Assembly (NCBI GenBank): GCA_003144275.1
Contig: NJBF01000007.1
Location: 9,994-41,993, forward strand
From: Candidatus Heimdallarchaeota archaeon B3_Heim
Lineage (GTDB): Archaea; Asgardarchaeota; Heimdallarchaeia; Hodarchaeales; Hodarchaeaceae
DNA: 32,000 nt
Reading direction: 5' to 3'
The notes beneath the pieces are model-generated. The model made no database searches. It saw only the letters and a program-made list of their open reading frames with translations, and was not told the DNA's origin. Position 1 is the first letter of the stretch, and each line of letters opens with the position of its first letter. Positions 1 through 9,790 of the stretch are shown here, in pieces. Both the position numbers and the translations under genes were made by a program.

Positions 1-2
1 TC

Positions 3-1655
3 CAAGAACGTCTTATCTGGAATAAATTGGAGATTGGCAAGAATTTACTTGAATTAACTACTTATGAGGGGATTTCCTTCTGGTGGAATATCGACCATCT
101 TTTCTATCACTTCTTATTATCCACCCTAGAGAGTAATGGAAAAGTCCCTAGTGTAACTAGAAGGAATTTCCTTACCGTTAGACTATTTGGAACGAGAATA
201 GGATTATTAATTTTCTTAATACTTGATATCCTTTTATTTTTGTTCGGTAAACTAATCATTTTAATTGCTAAGGTAAGTAAAAACGAAAAAAAATTAGACT
301 ATAGAAAAAAACCTATTTTCCTTGTTATTAGCTATGATGCAGCTTGGGTTGCAACACCTAGTTATTTATCTGGATTAATAAGAAAGTCAGATCATCTTAA
401 AGACTCTGTGATGGAGACACTTCAGCACAAAGCAGATTTTTTGGGAACTTCATCATTTCGATACCGCAAAGCAAGCTTTAAAATTGCACTAGAACGATCC
501 CTTTTCTGGAATCATTCTTATAACTTACTGAACGTATACTGGTCACCAAAGAGCTGGTTAAAACAGGTTTATGCTTTTAACTTCTTTAAAAGAAAATTGA
601 AAATGATAAAAAATGATTCTAAATTTCGTAAACAATGTCAACAAAATAATAACGATTTCTACGACATTCTTATTCAGGAATTTGATTATTATTTTTGTTT
701 CTTATTACCACTTTGCGTCAGCTGGGTAGAGACATTCACATCTCTAATTGACAAAATAAAACCCTCTCTTGCACTTATCTCAAATGAAACTGGACATTCG
801 GAAAAGAGTCTGATTATTGCTTCAAAAAAACATAAGGTTCCTGTATTAGCAATGCAACATGGGGTTATTGACCCCACAAATCGTGGATATATTTTTTCTA
901 AAAAGGATATTAGTAAAAGTGGATCAATTCACTCACCATATAATCCAATTACTGATAGAACCGCAGTATTTGGTACTAAGTACAAGAATTTCATTGATAA
1001 AAACAGTAATTTCCCTGAAGGCAGTGTGGTAGTAACTGGCAACCCAAAATTTGATAAATTATTTCAAATGGTTAACAAATTTAAAAATCGGGGCCATATT
1101 CGACGTTGGTTGAACATTCCAGAGGATAAACCCATTCTGCTCTGGACCACACAAACGCATTGGCTTTCTACCGAAGAAAACCGTAAGAACGTTGATGCAG
1201 TCTATTCTGCTCTGGAAGAATTGAATGATGACATTACACTAATTGTGAAACTTCATCCTAATGAGGACCAAAGAGCTCCTTTTTATCAAGAAGATTCTCG
1301 CATTAAACCTATCTATCTGGGAAAAGAAGTTGATATCCTCCAACTGATTTACGTTTCAAATATTATATTAACGAAACACTCAATGACGGCAACCGAAGCT
1401 GTTGCACTTGACAAACCTGTTATAATTTTAAATCTCAGTGGAAATCCAGATATTATTGACTGCGTTGATGAAGGAGTAGCTGTTGGAGTTTATAAGAAAG
1501 ATGATCTAAAACAAGCTATCCTTTCACTACTAGTTGATGATTCTAGAATCGCTAAAAATCGGTCTCGATATGTGGAAGCTGAATACTATTTAATTGACGG
1601 AAAATCTTCAGAAAGAATGGCCCGTCTGATGGAATCAATGATCAAAAAAAATTAA
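3..1655 (+). CDS. Membrane-anchored GT-B-like transferase (CDP-glycerol glycerophosphotransferase / capsule-synthesis-like); 5' end probably outside the window
   Basis: ORF 27..1655. The frame stays open back to nt 3, so the TTG at 27 may not be the true start. There is an N-terminal hydrophobic segment (LLIFLILDILLFLFGKLIILIA). The C-terminal half shows GNPKFD ... KLHPNE ... TEAVALDKPVI, a pattern I associate with GT-B enzymes of the TagF / 2-epimerase / capsule-synthesis type. Family assignment is from motif memory only. Confidence 0.45.
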   Translation, partial: QERLIWNKLEIGKNLLELTTYEGISFWWNIDHLFYHFLLSTLESNGKVPSVTRRNFLTVRLFGTRIGLLIFLILDILLFLFGKLIILIAKVSKNEKKLDYRKKPIFLVISYDAAWVATPSYLSGLIRKSDHLKDSVMETLQHKADFLGTSSFRYRKASFKIALERSLFWNHSYNLLNVYWSPKSWLKQVYAFNFFKRKLKMIKNDSKFRKQCQQNNNDFYDILIQEFDYYFCFLLPLCVSWVETFTSLIDKIKPSLALISNETGHSEKSLIIASKKHKVPVLAMQHGVIDPTNRGYIFSKKDISKSGSIHSPYNPITDRTAVFGTKYKNFIDKNSNFPEGSVVVTGNPKFDKLFQMVNKFKNRGHIRRWLNIPEDKPILLWTTQTHWLSTEENRKNVDAVYSALEELNDDITLIVKLHPNEDQRAPFYQEDSRIKPIYLGKEVDILQLIYVSNIILTKHSMTATEAVALDKPVIILNLSGNPDIIDCVDEGVAVGVYKKDDLKQAILSLLVDDSRIAKNRSRYVEAEYYLIDGKSSERMARLMESMIKKN

Positions 1656-1670
1656 GAAAAATAGCTGATA

Positions 1671-2861
1671 GTGAATTCAATGGGAAATAATTCAATTATC
1701 TTCTTGGCGACATATGCTTACTTAGCAATTCCTCAGTACCTCTCAATAACTCCTAACCTAACAAATTACACAAAAATATTGTTTAACACAAGAGATCTAC
1801 TCTCTACGAAATACGACAGCAAATTTATTACCCAAGACATTAAAAAGAATTATTTTGATGATTTTTTTGAACTAAAAGATTTTTCTTTCAATGTAAAAGG
1901 TCCATGGAAAAAGTATCAAGCTTTCAGAAGATGGAAACGAGCAATAATCTTATATATGAACCAGATTTTCCCCCAAGTCGTTGTTAGCTGTTCAGATCAG
2001 TCAATGACTGATAAAATTATCAGTTCTTGGTGTAAAAAGAATAAAAAAGCATTCATTGTCTTGCAACCCTCGTTTATTAGTGGGATGCATTATAAAAAAT
2101 ATGGAATCAGTCACAAAATTAGGTATCTCATTTTTAATAAACTTTTAAATCTGCCTAGGTATCGTAAACAGCATTTATTTGGTAATGAAGAACATTGGAC
2201 TCACTTACTTCTTTGGAGTCAGTATTTTATTGAAGATCCTAAAAGACCGAACATGTATTTCGTTGGCAATCCTGCTTTTGATGTGCTTTTTAGTCAATTT
2301 ACTAGCAAACGAACACTGAAAAACAATGTTTTAATATGTACACAAAATATTAAGGCAATGGTGGGAAAAGAAGCGTTTGATCAAGTTATCGATATGTACA
2401 TTCAAGCAATTAATGCAAAACCTGATCTTACATTCTACATCAAAGTCCATCCAAGAGAATCAATTGAGAAGTATGAATTATTATTCCCCAAAGACCATTT
2501 TCCAAATGCTAAAGTGGTTCAAGAGGATAACTTGTATGATCTCTTCAGAATTAGTGATGTTCAGATATCAGTATCTTCTTATACTTCCTTTGAAGCAGTA
2601 GCAACGGGATTACCAATTATTATTGTGAATCCTAATAATATGTTCGATTTTATTGATCATTTTAGGCAAGAAATAGAGATAAAGGTTACAGATCTGGAGA
2701 AAATCGCAAAGGCTATTGATTTAGCTAGGTCTGAACATTATTGGATGGAGTTTGTCAAAAAGAGGGAAAAATATTTTGACTATATGGTCCATTCCACTGA
2801 TGGAAAGAGCGGAAAGCGAGCTGCAGAGAAAATGGAAGAGATTATCAATTTTAGTGGATAA
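1671..2861 (+). CDS. GT-B-like transferase, paralogous in architecture to the upstream ORF (candidate sugar transferase or hydrolysing 2-epimerase-like enzyme)
   Basis: 396-aa ORF with GTG start (an ATG follows 3 codons later). It shares the motif order of the C-terminal half of ORF 27..1655: VGNPAFD ... KVHPRE ... FEAVATGLPIII. It lies in the same operon as the nonulosonic-acid genes. Confidence 0.4.
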   Translation: MNSMGNNSIIFLATYAYLAIPQYLSITPNLTNYTKILFNTRDLLSTKYDSKFITQDIKKNYFDDFFELKDFSFNVKGPWKKYQAFRRWKRAIILYMNQIFPQVVVSCSDQSMTDKIISSWCKKNKKAFIVLQPSFISGMHYKKYGISHKIRYLIFNKLLNLPRYRKQHLFGNEEHWTHLLLWSQYFIEDPKRPNMYFVGNPAFDVLFSQFTSKRTLKNNVLICTQNIKAMVGKEAFDQVIDMYIQAINAKPDLTFYIKVHPRESIEKYELLFPKDHFPNAKVVQEDNLYDLFRISDVQISVSSYTSFEAVATGLPIIIVNPNNMFDFIDHFRQEIEIKVTDLEKIAKAIDLARSEHYWMEFVKKREKYFDYMVHSTDGKSGKRAAEKMEEIINFSG

Positions 2862-2916
2862 TGTGTCAATTATAAAATATGTTATCTGTTAAACAAACAA
2901 TTATGGACGTTAAAAA

Positions 2917-3669
2917 ATGAAAACAGGATTTCTAATAACTGCACGAATGAAATCAACTAGACTACCCAAGAAATTGACCCTAAAAATCAATGATCGTGAA
3001 ATAATTGCCTGGTTGATTGATAGATTGAAACAATGCCAGAACTTGAACGAAATTGTAATAACCACCTCTTCAAATCCACAAGATAAAATACTCTGTCAGA
3101 TAGCAAAACGGGAGAATGTTAAATGTTTTGAAGGGAGTGAAATTGATGTTCTTGAACGATTATACATGGCTGCAAAAAAATATGAATTAGATTATATTAT
3201 TAATATTACTGGTGATTGTCCTTTAGTTTCTTTCGATTTTATTGACCAAATTCTAGCAGCATATGAAAAAACCAATGCTGATCTAATTACGACGTTTAAA
3301 TTACCCCATGGCTTCTATATTTATGGGATAAAGATCTCTGCATTAGAAAAAGTGTTAGAAATTAAAAATGAGGTTGATACTGAAATTTGGGGAGCATATT
3401 TCACCGAAACAGGACTATTCAATGTTGTAGATTTAGATATTCCTTCTGATTTGCACCGGAAAGACTATCGCTTAACCCTTGATTATCCAGAGGATTTTGA
3501 TTTCTTCAAAGCTATTTTTGCGGGGCTTGGAAGAGACACATTTAAGAAATCGACAAAAGAGATTATCGAATTCCTAGATACTCATCCTGAAATTGTACAT
3601 CTCAACTCGCATTGCGAAGAGCTTTATCAAAAACGATATGATCAGCAAAGGAAATTAGAGCTAAAATGA
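2917..3669 (+). CDS. Cytidylyltransferase of the SpsF/NeuA (CMP-sugar synthetase) type
   Basis: N-terminus ITARMKSTRLPKK and the later ITGDCPL motif are typical of COG1861/acylneuraminate cytidylyltransferase-like enzymes. The stop overlaps the next gene's start (3666..3669). Confidence 0.75.
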   Translation: MKTGFLITARMKSTRLPKKLTLKINDREIIAWLIDRLKQCQNLNEIVITTSSNPQDKILCQIAKRENVKCFEGSEIDVLERLYMAAKKYELDYIINITGDCPLVSFDFIDQILAAYEKTNADLITTFKLPHGFYIYGIKISALEKVLEIKNEVDTEIWGAYFTETGLFNVVDLDIPSDLHRKDYRLTLDYPEDFDFFKAIFAGLGRDTFKKSTKEIIEFLDTHPEIVHLNSHCEELYQKRYDQQRKLELK

Positions 3670-4649
3670 AGATTGGAATCATAGGTTTAGGATCAATTGG
3701 TCGACGACATGCACGATGCCTTCACAAAATTGGAGTTACCGACATTGTTGCCTTAAGAACAGGGAAGGGTACGAAAAAGGAACTATCTGAAGACCTAAAA
3801 AACATTAAAGAAGTTTTTGATAGAGAGGATTTCTATTCTTTGAACCTAGATGGACTTATTATTTCAAATCCCACATCATTTCATGTAGAGTCTATGAAAA
3901 CTGCTTTAGAATATGAAATCCCAATTTTGATTGAAAAACCGATAGCCTCATCCCTAGAATCGATTGAAAAATTAAAAATTCATGATTTATCTAAAATTTT
4001 GGTAGGTTACTGTCTTCGATATGATGAAATAATAAATGTGGTAAAAGAGTTCATTGATTCCAACAGATTGGGGAGAATTTTCAAAGCTCACCTTTTTTGT
4101 GGACAGTATCTACCTTTATGGCACCCATATGCTGAATATAGAACAGAATATTATTCCCGTAAGGATTTAGGGGGTGGAGCCCTTCGTACGCTTTCTCACG
4201 AGATTGACCTGATGCATTATTTTTTTGGTAATGTTGACGAACTCTTTGCTAGCGTAGAGAAACTTTCTAACTTAGAAATCGATGTAGATGATAATGTTCA
4301 CATTTTTTGCAGGATGAAAGGGGGTTCAAGGATTCATGTTGAATTAGATTACCTAAACCCGACATATCAGAGAACAGGAAGAATTCTAGGCGAGGTAGGA
4401 GAATTAACATATTCCTTTTCAAATAAGAAGGTATCTTTTACTGATTTTAAAGGTAAAACAGAAATAGTCTACGAAAATCTTGTGTTAGATCCAAATGGAA
4501 TGTATCTCAACCAAATTAAAGACTTTATCAATTTAATTAAAGACCAAGTCAGAGTTCGTTGCACATTTAATGATGGGGTAGAAGTGATGAAAATTATTAA
4601 AACTTCCGAAGATTCATCGCGATTGAAATCGTGGCAAAAAATTGAGTAG
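3666..4649 (+). CDS. Gfo/Idh/MocA-family NAD(P)-dependent oxidoreductase
   Basis: Rossmann N-terminus KIGIIGLGSIGRRH and the EKP motif (LIEKPIAS). There is a 4-nt start/stop overlap with the upstream cytidylyltransferase. Confidence 0.8.
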   Translation: MKIGIIGLGSIGRRHARCLHKIGVTDIVALRTGKGTKKELSEDLKNIKEVFDREDFYSLNLDGLIISNPTSFHVESMKTALEYEIPILIEKPIASSLESIEKLKIHDLSKILVGYCLRYDEIINVVKEFIDSNRLGRIFKAHLFCGQYLPLWHPYAEYRTEYYSRKDLGGGALRTLSHEIDLMHYFFGNVDELFASVEKLSNLEIDVDDNVHIFCRMKGGSRIHVELDYLNPTYQRTGRILGEVGELTYSFSNKKVSFTDFKGKTEIVYENLVLDPNGMYLNQIKDFINLIKDQVRVRCTFNDGVEVMKIIKTSEDSSRLKSWQKIE

Positions 4650-4657
4650 GGTTAATT

Positions 4658-5485
4658 ATGAGAGATCTGTTTAATTTAGATTCAAAAGTCGCAGTAGTAA
4701 TTGGTGGTAATGGGTATTTAGGAATTGAATTTTGTAAAACTTTATTAGAATATGGAGCAGTGGTCTATTGCTGTGATGCAAGTATTCAAGAATCAGAAGA
4801 AACAAACGCAATTAAGAAGAAATTTCCTGATAAATTTAAGATGATAAAAACTGATGCGACTAATAAAGAAAGTCTTGAAACCCTGAGAAATGATATATTA
4901 GGAACAGAAAAAACGGTTGATATCCTGGTCAACACAGCAACAATGAAAGGTAATGATTTCTACTTACCTTTCGAAGAAGTCTCACTGGAAGGATGGAATA
5001 TTGGTATTTTGGGAAATCTAACCATACCATTTCTAACAATACAAACATTCATTCCTTTGATGAAAACACAGAGAAAAGGCTCTATTATTAACATTTCCTC
5101 GCACTATGGAATAGTTGGAAATGATCAACGGATCTATGTTGGTAGCAATTTACACGAACTCTATGTGAAGGACTCCCCTAACATTGAACAAGTATACTCA
5201 CATGGAGTTTATAATGCTTCAAAAGGTGGGATTATTAACTTCACCCGATATCTAGCCGCTTATTATGGTGAGTACAACATTCGAGTGAATTGTATCTCAC
5301 CAGGAGGAATTCATTATGAGGATGAGAATGAGACTTTTGTACAAAAGTATTCAGAGAAAGTCCCACTTGCAAGAAAAGCCAGGAAAGCCGAAATCAATGG
5401 AGCGCTGATCTTTCTAGCATCTAATGCATCTTCATATGTTACTGGTCATAATCTTGTTGTAGATGGGGGATTTACAATCTGGTGA
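4658..5485 (+). CDS. Short-chain dehydrogenase/reductase (SDR)
   Basis: Glycine-rich VAVVIGGNGYLG, catalytic YNASK (YxxxK), and the C-terminal GHNLVVDGG motif typical of classical SDRs. Confidence 0.8.
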   Translation: MRDLFNLDSKVAVVIGGNGYLGIEFCKTLLEYGAVVYCCDASIQESEETNAIKKKFPDKFKMIKTDATNKESLETLRNDILGTEKTVDILVNTATMKGNDFYLPFEEVSLEGWNIGILGNLTIPFLTIQTFIPLMKTQRKGSIINISSHYGIVGNDQRIYVGSNLHELYVKDSPNIEQVYSHGVYNASKGGIINFTRYLAAYYGEYNIRVNCISPGGIHYEDENETFVQKYSEKVPLARKARKAEINGALIFLASNASSYVTGHNLVVDGGFTIW

Positions 5486-5652
5486 TAATCTTCTTAGCCA
5501 GAAATTACAGAAGTAAAAATGCTGGGCTATATCACATTTCAAACTGAATTAACTATTCAATCTTCTTCTCAAAATCACAACACATCAATTATAATATAGT
5601 TTAGATAATTTGAAATCATTGAATTTACCCTCTGGAACATGGAAGAAAAAAC

Positions 5653-6762
5653 ATGAGATATTGTAAAAAATGCGTAATGCCTGACACAAGGCCTTACATG
5701 AAATTTAATGAAGAAGGGGTTTGTTATCCCTGTATCCATTATGAAAACAGGAAAAATGTTGATTGGGACGCAAGATGGAAAGAGTTAGAAGCTCTTGCTG
5801 ACAAACATCGCGGTCGGAATGGGAACTATTACGATGTTATTATAACTGCCAGTGGTGGTAAAGATAGTCATTACCAAGTAGATGTATTTAAAGAAAAATT
5901 GAACATGAATCCTTTGTTGGTGTCTATTGATAACTTTAGCTGGACCAAAACTGGTCGAGAAAACTACGAGAATTTGGGGGATAGATACGGTGTGGATATT
6001 CACCTGATTACCTTAAATCGTAAGGTTGCCAGAAGAATGCTCAGTAAGGGTCTTGATAAAGGTCTTTATCCAACATGGATATGGGATAGAGCAGTCTATG
6101 CTTATCCCTTACAAATGGCCATTAAATTAAACATTCCCCTAGTTATTTGGGGTGAAAATACAGCCTATGAACGCGGAGGCCCTATACTTGAGGACACTCC
6201 TGATGCAATGGTTCAATTGAAGAATGATGTTGTTAAACCGATTCCATTAGAAGAATGGGTAGATGAGGAAATTACCTTGAAAGATTTAAATCCCATTATC
6301 TATCCATCAATGGAGGAAATTGAAAAAGCGGGAGTTGAAGCTAGATTTTTGAGTTATTATGATCCTTGGAGTGACCATGGACATTACGAATACGCCATCA
6401 AGAACGGTTGGAAGACATTGGAGGAAGAATGGGTACGAGAGGGGCTTCCAGGCTTGCATTACTTACAAGTTGATACCATTGGATATCTTGTCCATAATTG
6501 GGTTAAATTCGTGAAAATGGGTCATTGGGCTTTGACAGATTACTGTAGTTTAGATATTCGTGAAGGAAGAATGACCCGGGAAGAAGCCGTGAAGCTAATC
6601 AATCAGGAAGAGTATAAATTGGACCCAAAAATGCTCAAGGATTTTCTAGATTTTACAGGTGTTTCTGAAGAAAGATTTTGGGCTCTTGTTGATAAATTTG
6701 CCAATAAAGATATTGTTGAGAAGCGCAACGGTATATGGAGATTAAAACAACCTCTGATGTAG
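5653..6762 (+). CDS. N-acetyl sugar amidotransferase (PseA/WbpG-like PP-loop ATPase)
   Basis: N-terminal Cys pairs (CKKC ... CYPC) are followed by the PP-loop SGGKDS. This is the architecture of the LPS/flagellin-glycan amidotransferases that make acetamidino sugars. Confidence 0.8.
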   Translation: MRYCKKCVMPDTRPYMKFNEEGVCYPCIHYENRKNVDWDARWKELEALADKHRGRNGNYYDVIITASGGKDSHYQVDVFKEKLNMNPLLVSIDNFSWTKTGRENYENLGDRYGVDIHLITLNRKVARRMLSKGLDKGLYPTWIWDRAVYAYPLQMAIKLNIPLVIWGENTAYERGGPILEDTPDAMVQLKNDVVKPIPLEEWVDEEITLKDLNPIIYPSMEEIEKAGVEARFLSYYDPWSDHGHYEYAIKNGWKTLEEEWVREGLPGLHYLQVDTIGYLVHNWVKFVKMGHWALTDYCSLDIREGRMTREEAVKLINQEEYKLDPKMLKDFLDFTGVSEERFWALVDKFANKDIVEKRNGIWRLKQPLM

Positions 6763-6821
6763 GTTTACTTCCCTCTCCCTTATTTTTCTCTCTTTCTAAT
6801 ATTTCAGTAAAGACTATTTTC

Positions 6822-7907
6822 TTATTTGAATTCCAGTTGTATTCCCAAGAGATCTTGAATTACTTCTTGAATTAACACCTTTATTTGTTCTTTAGTCAAG
6901 ATTGAAGCATTTTCTGATGAGTATAACGCTTCATTATTTTTTGGTTCTATCTTGACTGCTAGATTATCATAATAATTTATCAGATTTTCAACTAATTCAG
7001 GATGATAAAAGGGATTATTGGGAACTAAAATGAAGATCTTGTCCTTTTTGTAGATGTTTGAAGTTTGCGTTTCATAATCGCTTAATAATTCCTCGTATTT
7101 CTTTTCTCCAATGCGATCTCCAATAGTCTTGATCTGTATTTCTTTTGGCTCGAGTTTAAAATATGGAGCTACAACTTCAATCATAGCTTCAACTAGGTCG
7201 CCTGTATAGATCGCTGGCATTTCTAGAATGAAAATCTCTCCACCTTTCGCAAATGTTGCTGTGTTTAAAACCAGACTGACGGCCTCTTCCATTTTCATAA
7301 TGAATCGAGTCATTTTGGGATCAGTAACTGTAACTGGTTCTCCTTTTTGTATCTGCTTGAAAAAAATTGGGATAACCGAACCTCGTGAACCTAGCACATT
7401 CCCAAATCGAACGGCAGAAAAGGAAATGTCTTTTAAACCAACATATAAATTGGCTGCAATGGTTAGCCTTTCCGCGAGTAGTTTAGTAGCACCCATAACA
7501 TTTGTAGGGTTAATAGCTTTATCTGTACTAATAGTAATGAATTTCTTCACATTATTGGTCAGTGAAGCTTGGATTAGATTTTGTGTACCTACTATATTTG
7601 TTTTTATTGCCTCAAATGGGTTATACTCGCATAAAGGAACATGTTTCAATGCACCAGCATGGAAAACTATATCTACATTTTCTAAAGCAAATTTCACTCT
7701 TTTCGAATCACGAATATCTCCAATAAGTACTCTTAATCTTTCTGATTCAATCAGCTGGTCTAAATAGAACAAACCAGTTTCATCTATATCTAAAGCTCTA
7801 ACTACTTCTGCTTCTAGGTTAATAAGCTGCCTTACGAGTTCTTTTCCAATCGATCCTGCAGCTCCAGTTACTAAAACGGTTTTATCTTTAAAGTAATCAG
7901 TATCCAC
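6822..7907 (-). CDS. Nucleotide-sugar 4,6-dehydratase of the CapD/PglF/WbpM type
   Basis: VLVTGAAGSIGKEL Rossmann motif and STDKAINPTNVMGATK. The latter carries the TDK triad with Met where classical SDRs have Tyr, as in the PglF/CapD family. Confidence 0.8.
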   Translation of the reverse strand: MDTDYFKDKTVLVTGAAGSIGKELVRQLINLEAEVVRALDIDETGLFYLDQLIESERLRVLIGDIRDSKRVKFALENVDIVFHAGALKHVPLCEYNPFEAIKTNIVGTQNLIQASLTNNVKKFITISTDKAINPTNVMGATKLLAERLTIAANLYVGLKDISFSAVRFGNVLGSRGSVIPIFFKQIQKGEPVTVTDPKMTRFIMKMEEAVSLVLNTATFAKGGEIFILEMPAIYTGDLVEAMIEVVAPYFKLEPKEIQIKTIGDRIGEKKYEELLSDYETQTSNIYKKDKIFILVPNNPFYHPELVENLINYYDNLAVKIEPKNNEALYSSENASILTKEQIKVLIQEVIQDLLGIQLEFK

Positions 7908-7918
7908 TTGTCTTCACC

Positions 7919-9052
7919 TTATTTTTTTGATTCAAAAAATTCATAGATTTTCTTAATGACATATTCTTGTTCTTCTTGAGTCATCGTTGGATAAATCGGT
8001 ATGCTCAGTATTTCCTGAGAAATATTCTCGGTTACGGGTAGATGTATGCTATACTTCATTTGTTCTTTGTAGAAGTAAGTGAGGTGGATAGGAAAGAAAT
8101 ATACTTTAGAAGAAATTCCATTTCGCTTAAGAAAATCTACAAGTTCATCTCGAAAACCATGTTTAATTCTGATGGAAAACAGTTGAAACACATGCCTTCC
8201 ATCTGGAGGTGTAAAAGGGAGTATAAGTCCGTCTATCCCTTTTAATTTTTTAATGTAGTTATTTGCAACCCTTAAACGTTTTTTAATAATTGTTTCTACC
8301 TTTTCTATCTGTGAAACTCCTAAGGATGCATTAATATTAGATAAACGTAAATTATACCCAAGTTTCACATAATTACTAGAAAAAGCGTCTGTAAAATAAC
8401 CTTTGTCATCTTTTCTCCCATGGGATCGTATAAGCAATAATTTTTCATAGATTTCTTTGGAATCGGTGACAATAGCTCCACCTTCTCCAGTCGAGATTAC
8501 TTTGTTTTGACAAAAACTCAGCATTCCACTATGACCAAAAGATCCTGTCATTTGGTCTCCTAGCTTTGCCCCAAAAGATTCTGCAGCATCTTCAATGAGT
8601 ATTAGATTATGATCAGTAGCAATTTCTTTTAAGGCACGAATTTGAGCAGGGCAACCTCCATAATGGACTGGCATAATTAATTTTGTTTTTGAAGAAATCT
8701 TTTCTTTTACATCTTCAGGAGCTAACCCCAATGTTTTTTCTTCGATATCAGCAAATATAGGTTTTCCCTGCACGAATAATGGTGCATTAGCAGTAGCAAT
8801 AAACGTCAAAGAAGGTACTATTACCTCATCATTTTTTCGAACATCATAAGCAACCATAATGGCATGCAATGCGGACGTTCCTGAATTAAAGACAGCACAA
8901 TAACGAGTTCCGATGTACTCAGCAATCTTCTGTTCAAATGTACTTACTTCTGAACCAATTGCCCAATTCATCCCAGATGTAATGACTTTTTTTATTGCCT
9001 CAACATCTTGGTCATCGGAATAGATCTTGAATAGAGGTACATTGGGTGCCAT
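7919..9052 (-). CDS. DegT/DnrJ/EryC1/StrS-family PLP-dependent sugar aminotransferase
   Basis: SFCQNKVISTGEGG (PLP-lysine motif) and overall family-typical layout. It lies immediately upstream of, and co-oriented with, the dehydratase gene. Confidence 0.85.
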   Translation of the reverse strand: MAPNVPLFKIYSDDQDVEAIKKVITSGMNWAIGSEVSTFEQKIAEYIGTRYCAVFNSGTSALHAIMVAYDVRKNDEVIVPSLTFIATANAPLFVQGKPIFADIEEKTLGLAPEDVKEKISSKTKLIMPVHYGGCPAQIRALKEIATDHNLILIEDAAESFGAKLGDQMTGSFGHSGMLSFCQNKVISTGEGGAIVTDSKEIYEKLLLIRSHGRKDDKGYFTDAFSSNYVKLGYNLRLSNINASLGVSQIEKVETIIKKRLRVANNYIKKLKGIDGLILPFTPPDGRHVFQLFSIRIKHGFRDELVDFLKRNGISSKVYFFPIHLTYFYKEQMKYSIHLPVTENISQEILSIPIYPTMTQEEQEYVIKKIYEFFESKK

Positions 9053-9114
9053 TTTCTCAATACCTACCGTAGAATTTCAATTCTGTTTCTGTTATCTATC
9101 TTTATATTTTATTG

Positions 9115-9582
9115 TTAAAATCCTTCTGTCTCTGCTTCCATATTTTCTATTTCTTCCTGAGACAAATTCCTCTTTACCTCAACTGGAACACCAAACGCGA
9201 CAACATTACTTGATACATCTTTGTTCACCAGGCTGAATGCTCCAATTATTGTATTTTCCCCTATTGTTACGCCTGGCATTACAAGAGAATGGCTCCCTAT
9301 TCTGGCGTTTCTTTTAATTTCTACTTTTCCAGATTTCCCATCGATAGTCGATTCGGAATAGATAGAACAATGAGAACCGACCTGGACAAAATCTTCGATT
9401 TCTACACCAAATTTAGCATTGATATAGGTAAAAGCGCCTAAATCTGTATATTTTCCTAATTTGAGTGTGTCTGGATATTGAACTAACCAATTCCATTGTG
9501 TTAATTGTCCATGTTGAATTTCAGGGGTCTTCCAATCTTTGAAGTTTTCTCTTTTCATTAACTTGTAACCATCCTGAATCAT
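9115..9582 (-). CDS. Left-handed beta-helix (hexapeptide-repeat) acetyltransferase
   Basis: Repeated [LIV]-G-x4 hexapeptides (IGSHSLVMPGVTIGENTIIGAFSLV). It is the first gene of the minus-strand acetyltransferase-aminotransferase-dehydratase operon. Confidence 0.7.
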   Translation of the reverse strand: MIQDGYKLMKRENFKDWKTPEIQHGQLTQWNWLVQYPDTLKLGKYTDLGAFTYINAKFGVEIEDFVQVGSHCSIYSESTIDGKSGKVEIKRNARIGSHSLVMPGVTIGENTIIGAFSLVNKDVSSNVVAFGVPVEVKRNLSQEEIENMEAETEGF

Positions 9583-9790
9583 AAAATTCCAGAGAGACTA
9601 ATCAGTATGAACTACGGCTCATTCACAAGAATGATAGTGCAAATAACCAATCATGAGAGCCTATTTAGAACTTCGACTAATACTTTTTGTCTTGAAGAAT
9701 ATTACTTCAAATAAATATAGTTTGGTACACTTTTAACTAAATTAATGAATACGTACATGAATATGTCTTAAATGTGGAGAACTGATACTA

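Noticed and set aside
5519-5599. 26-codon mini-ORF (MLGYITFQTEL...) in the 167-bp gap inside the plus-strand glycan operon
   Set aside because: No ribosome-binding context or conservation can be assessed, and the sequence is low-complexity. It is more likely just an internal promoter or spacer region.
7228-7767. 179-aa plus-strand ORF
   Set aside because: It is entirely antisense to the well-supported CapD/PglF-type dehydratase gene. The sequence is low-complexity with no motifs. Typical shadow ORF.
9623-9670. Possible hairpin ggctc...gagcc in the divergent promoter region 9583..9790
   Set aside because: Only 5 bp of pairing with a loop of about 35 nt. Not distinguishable from chance.
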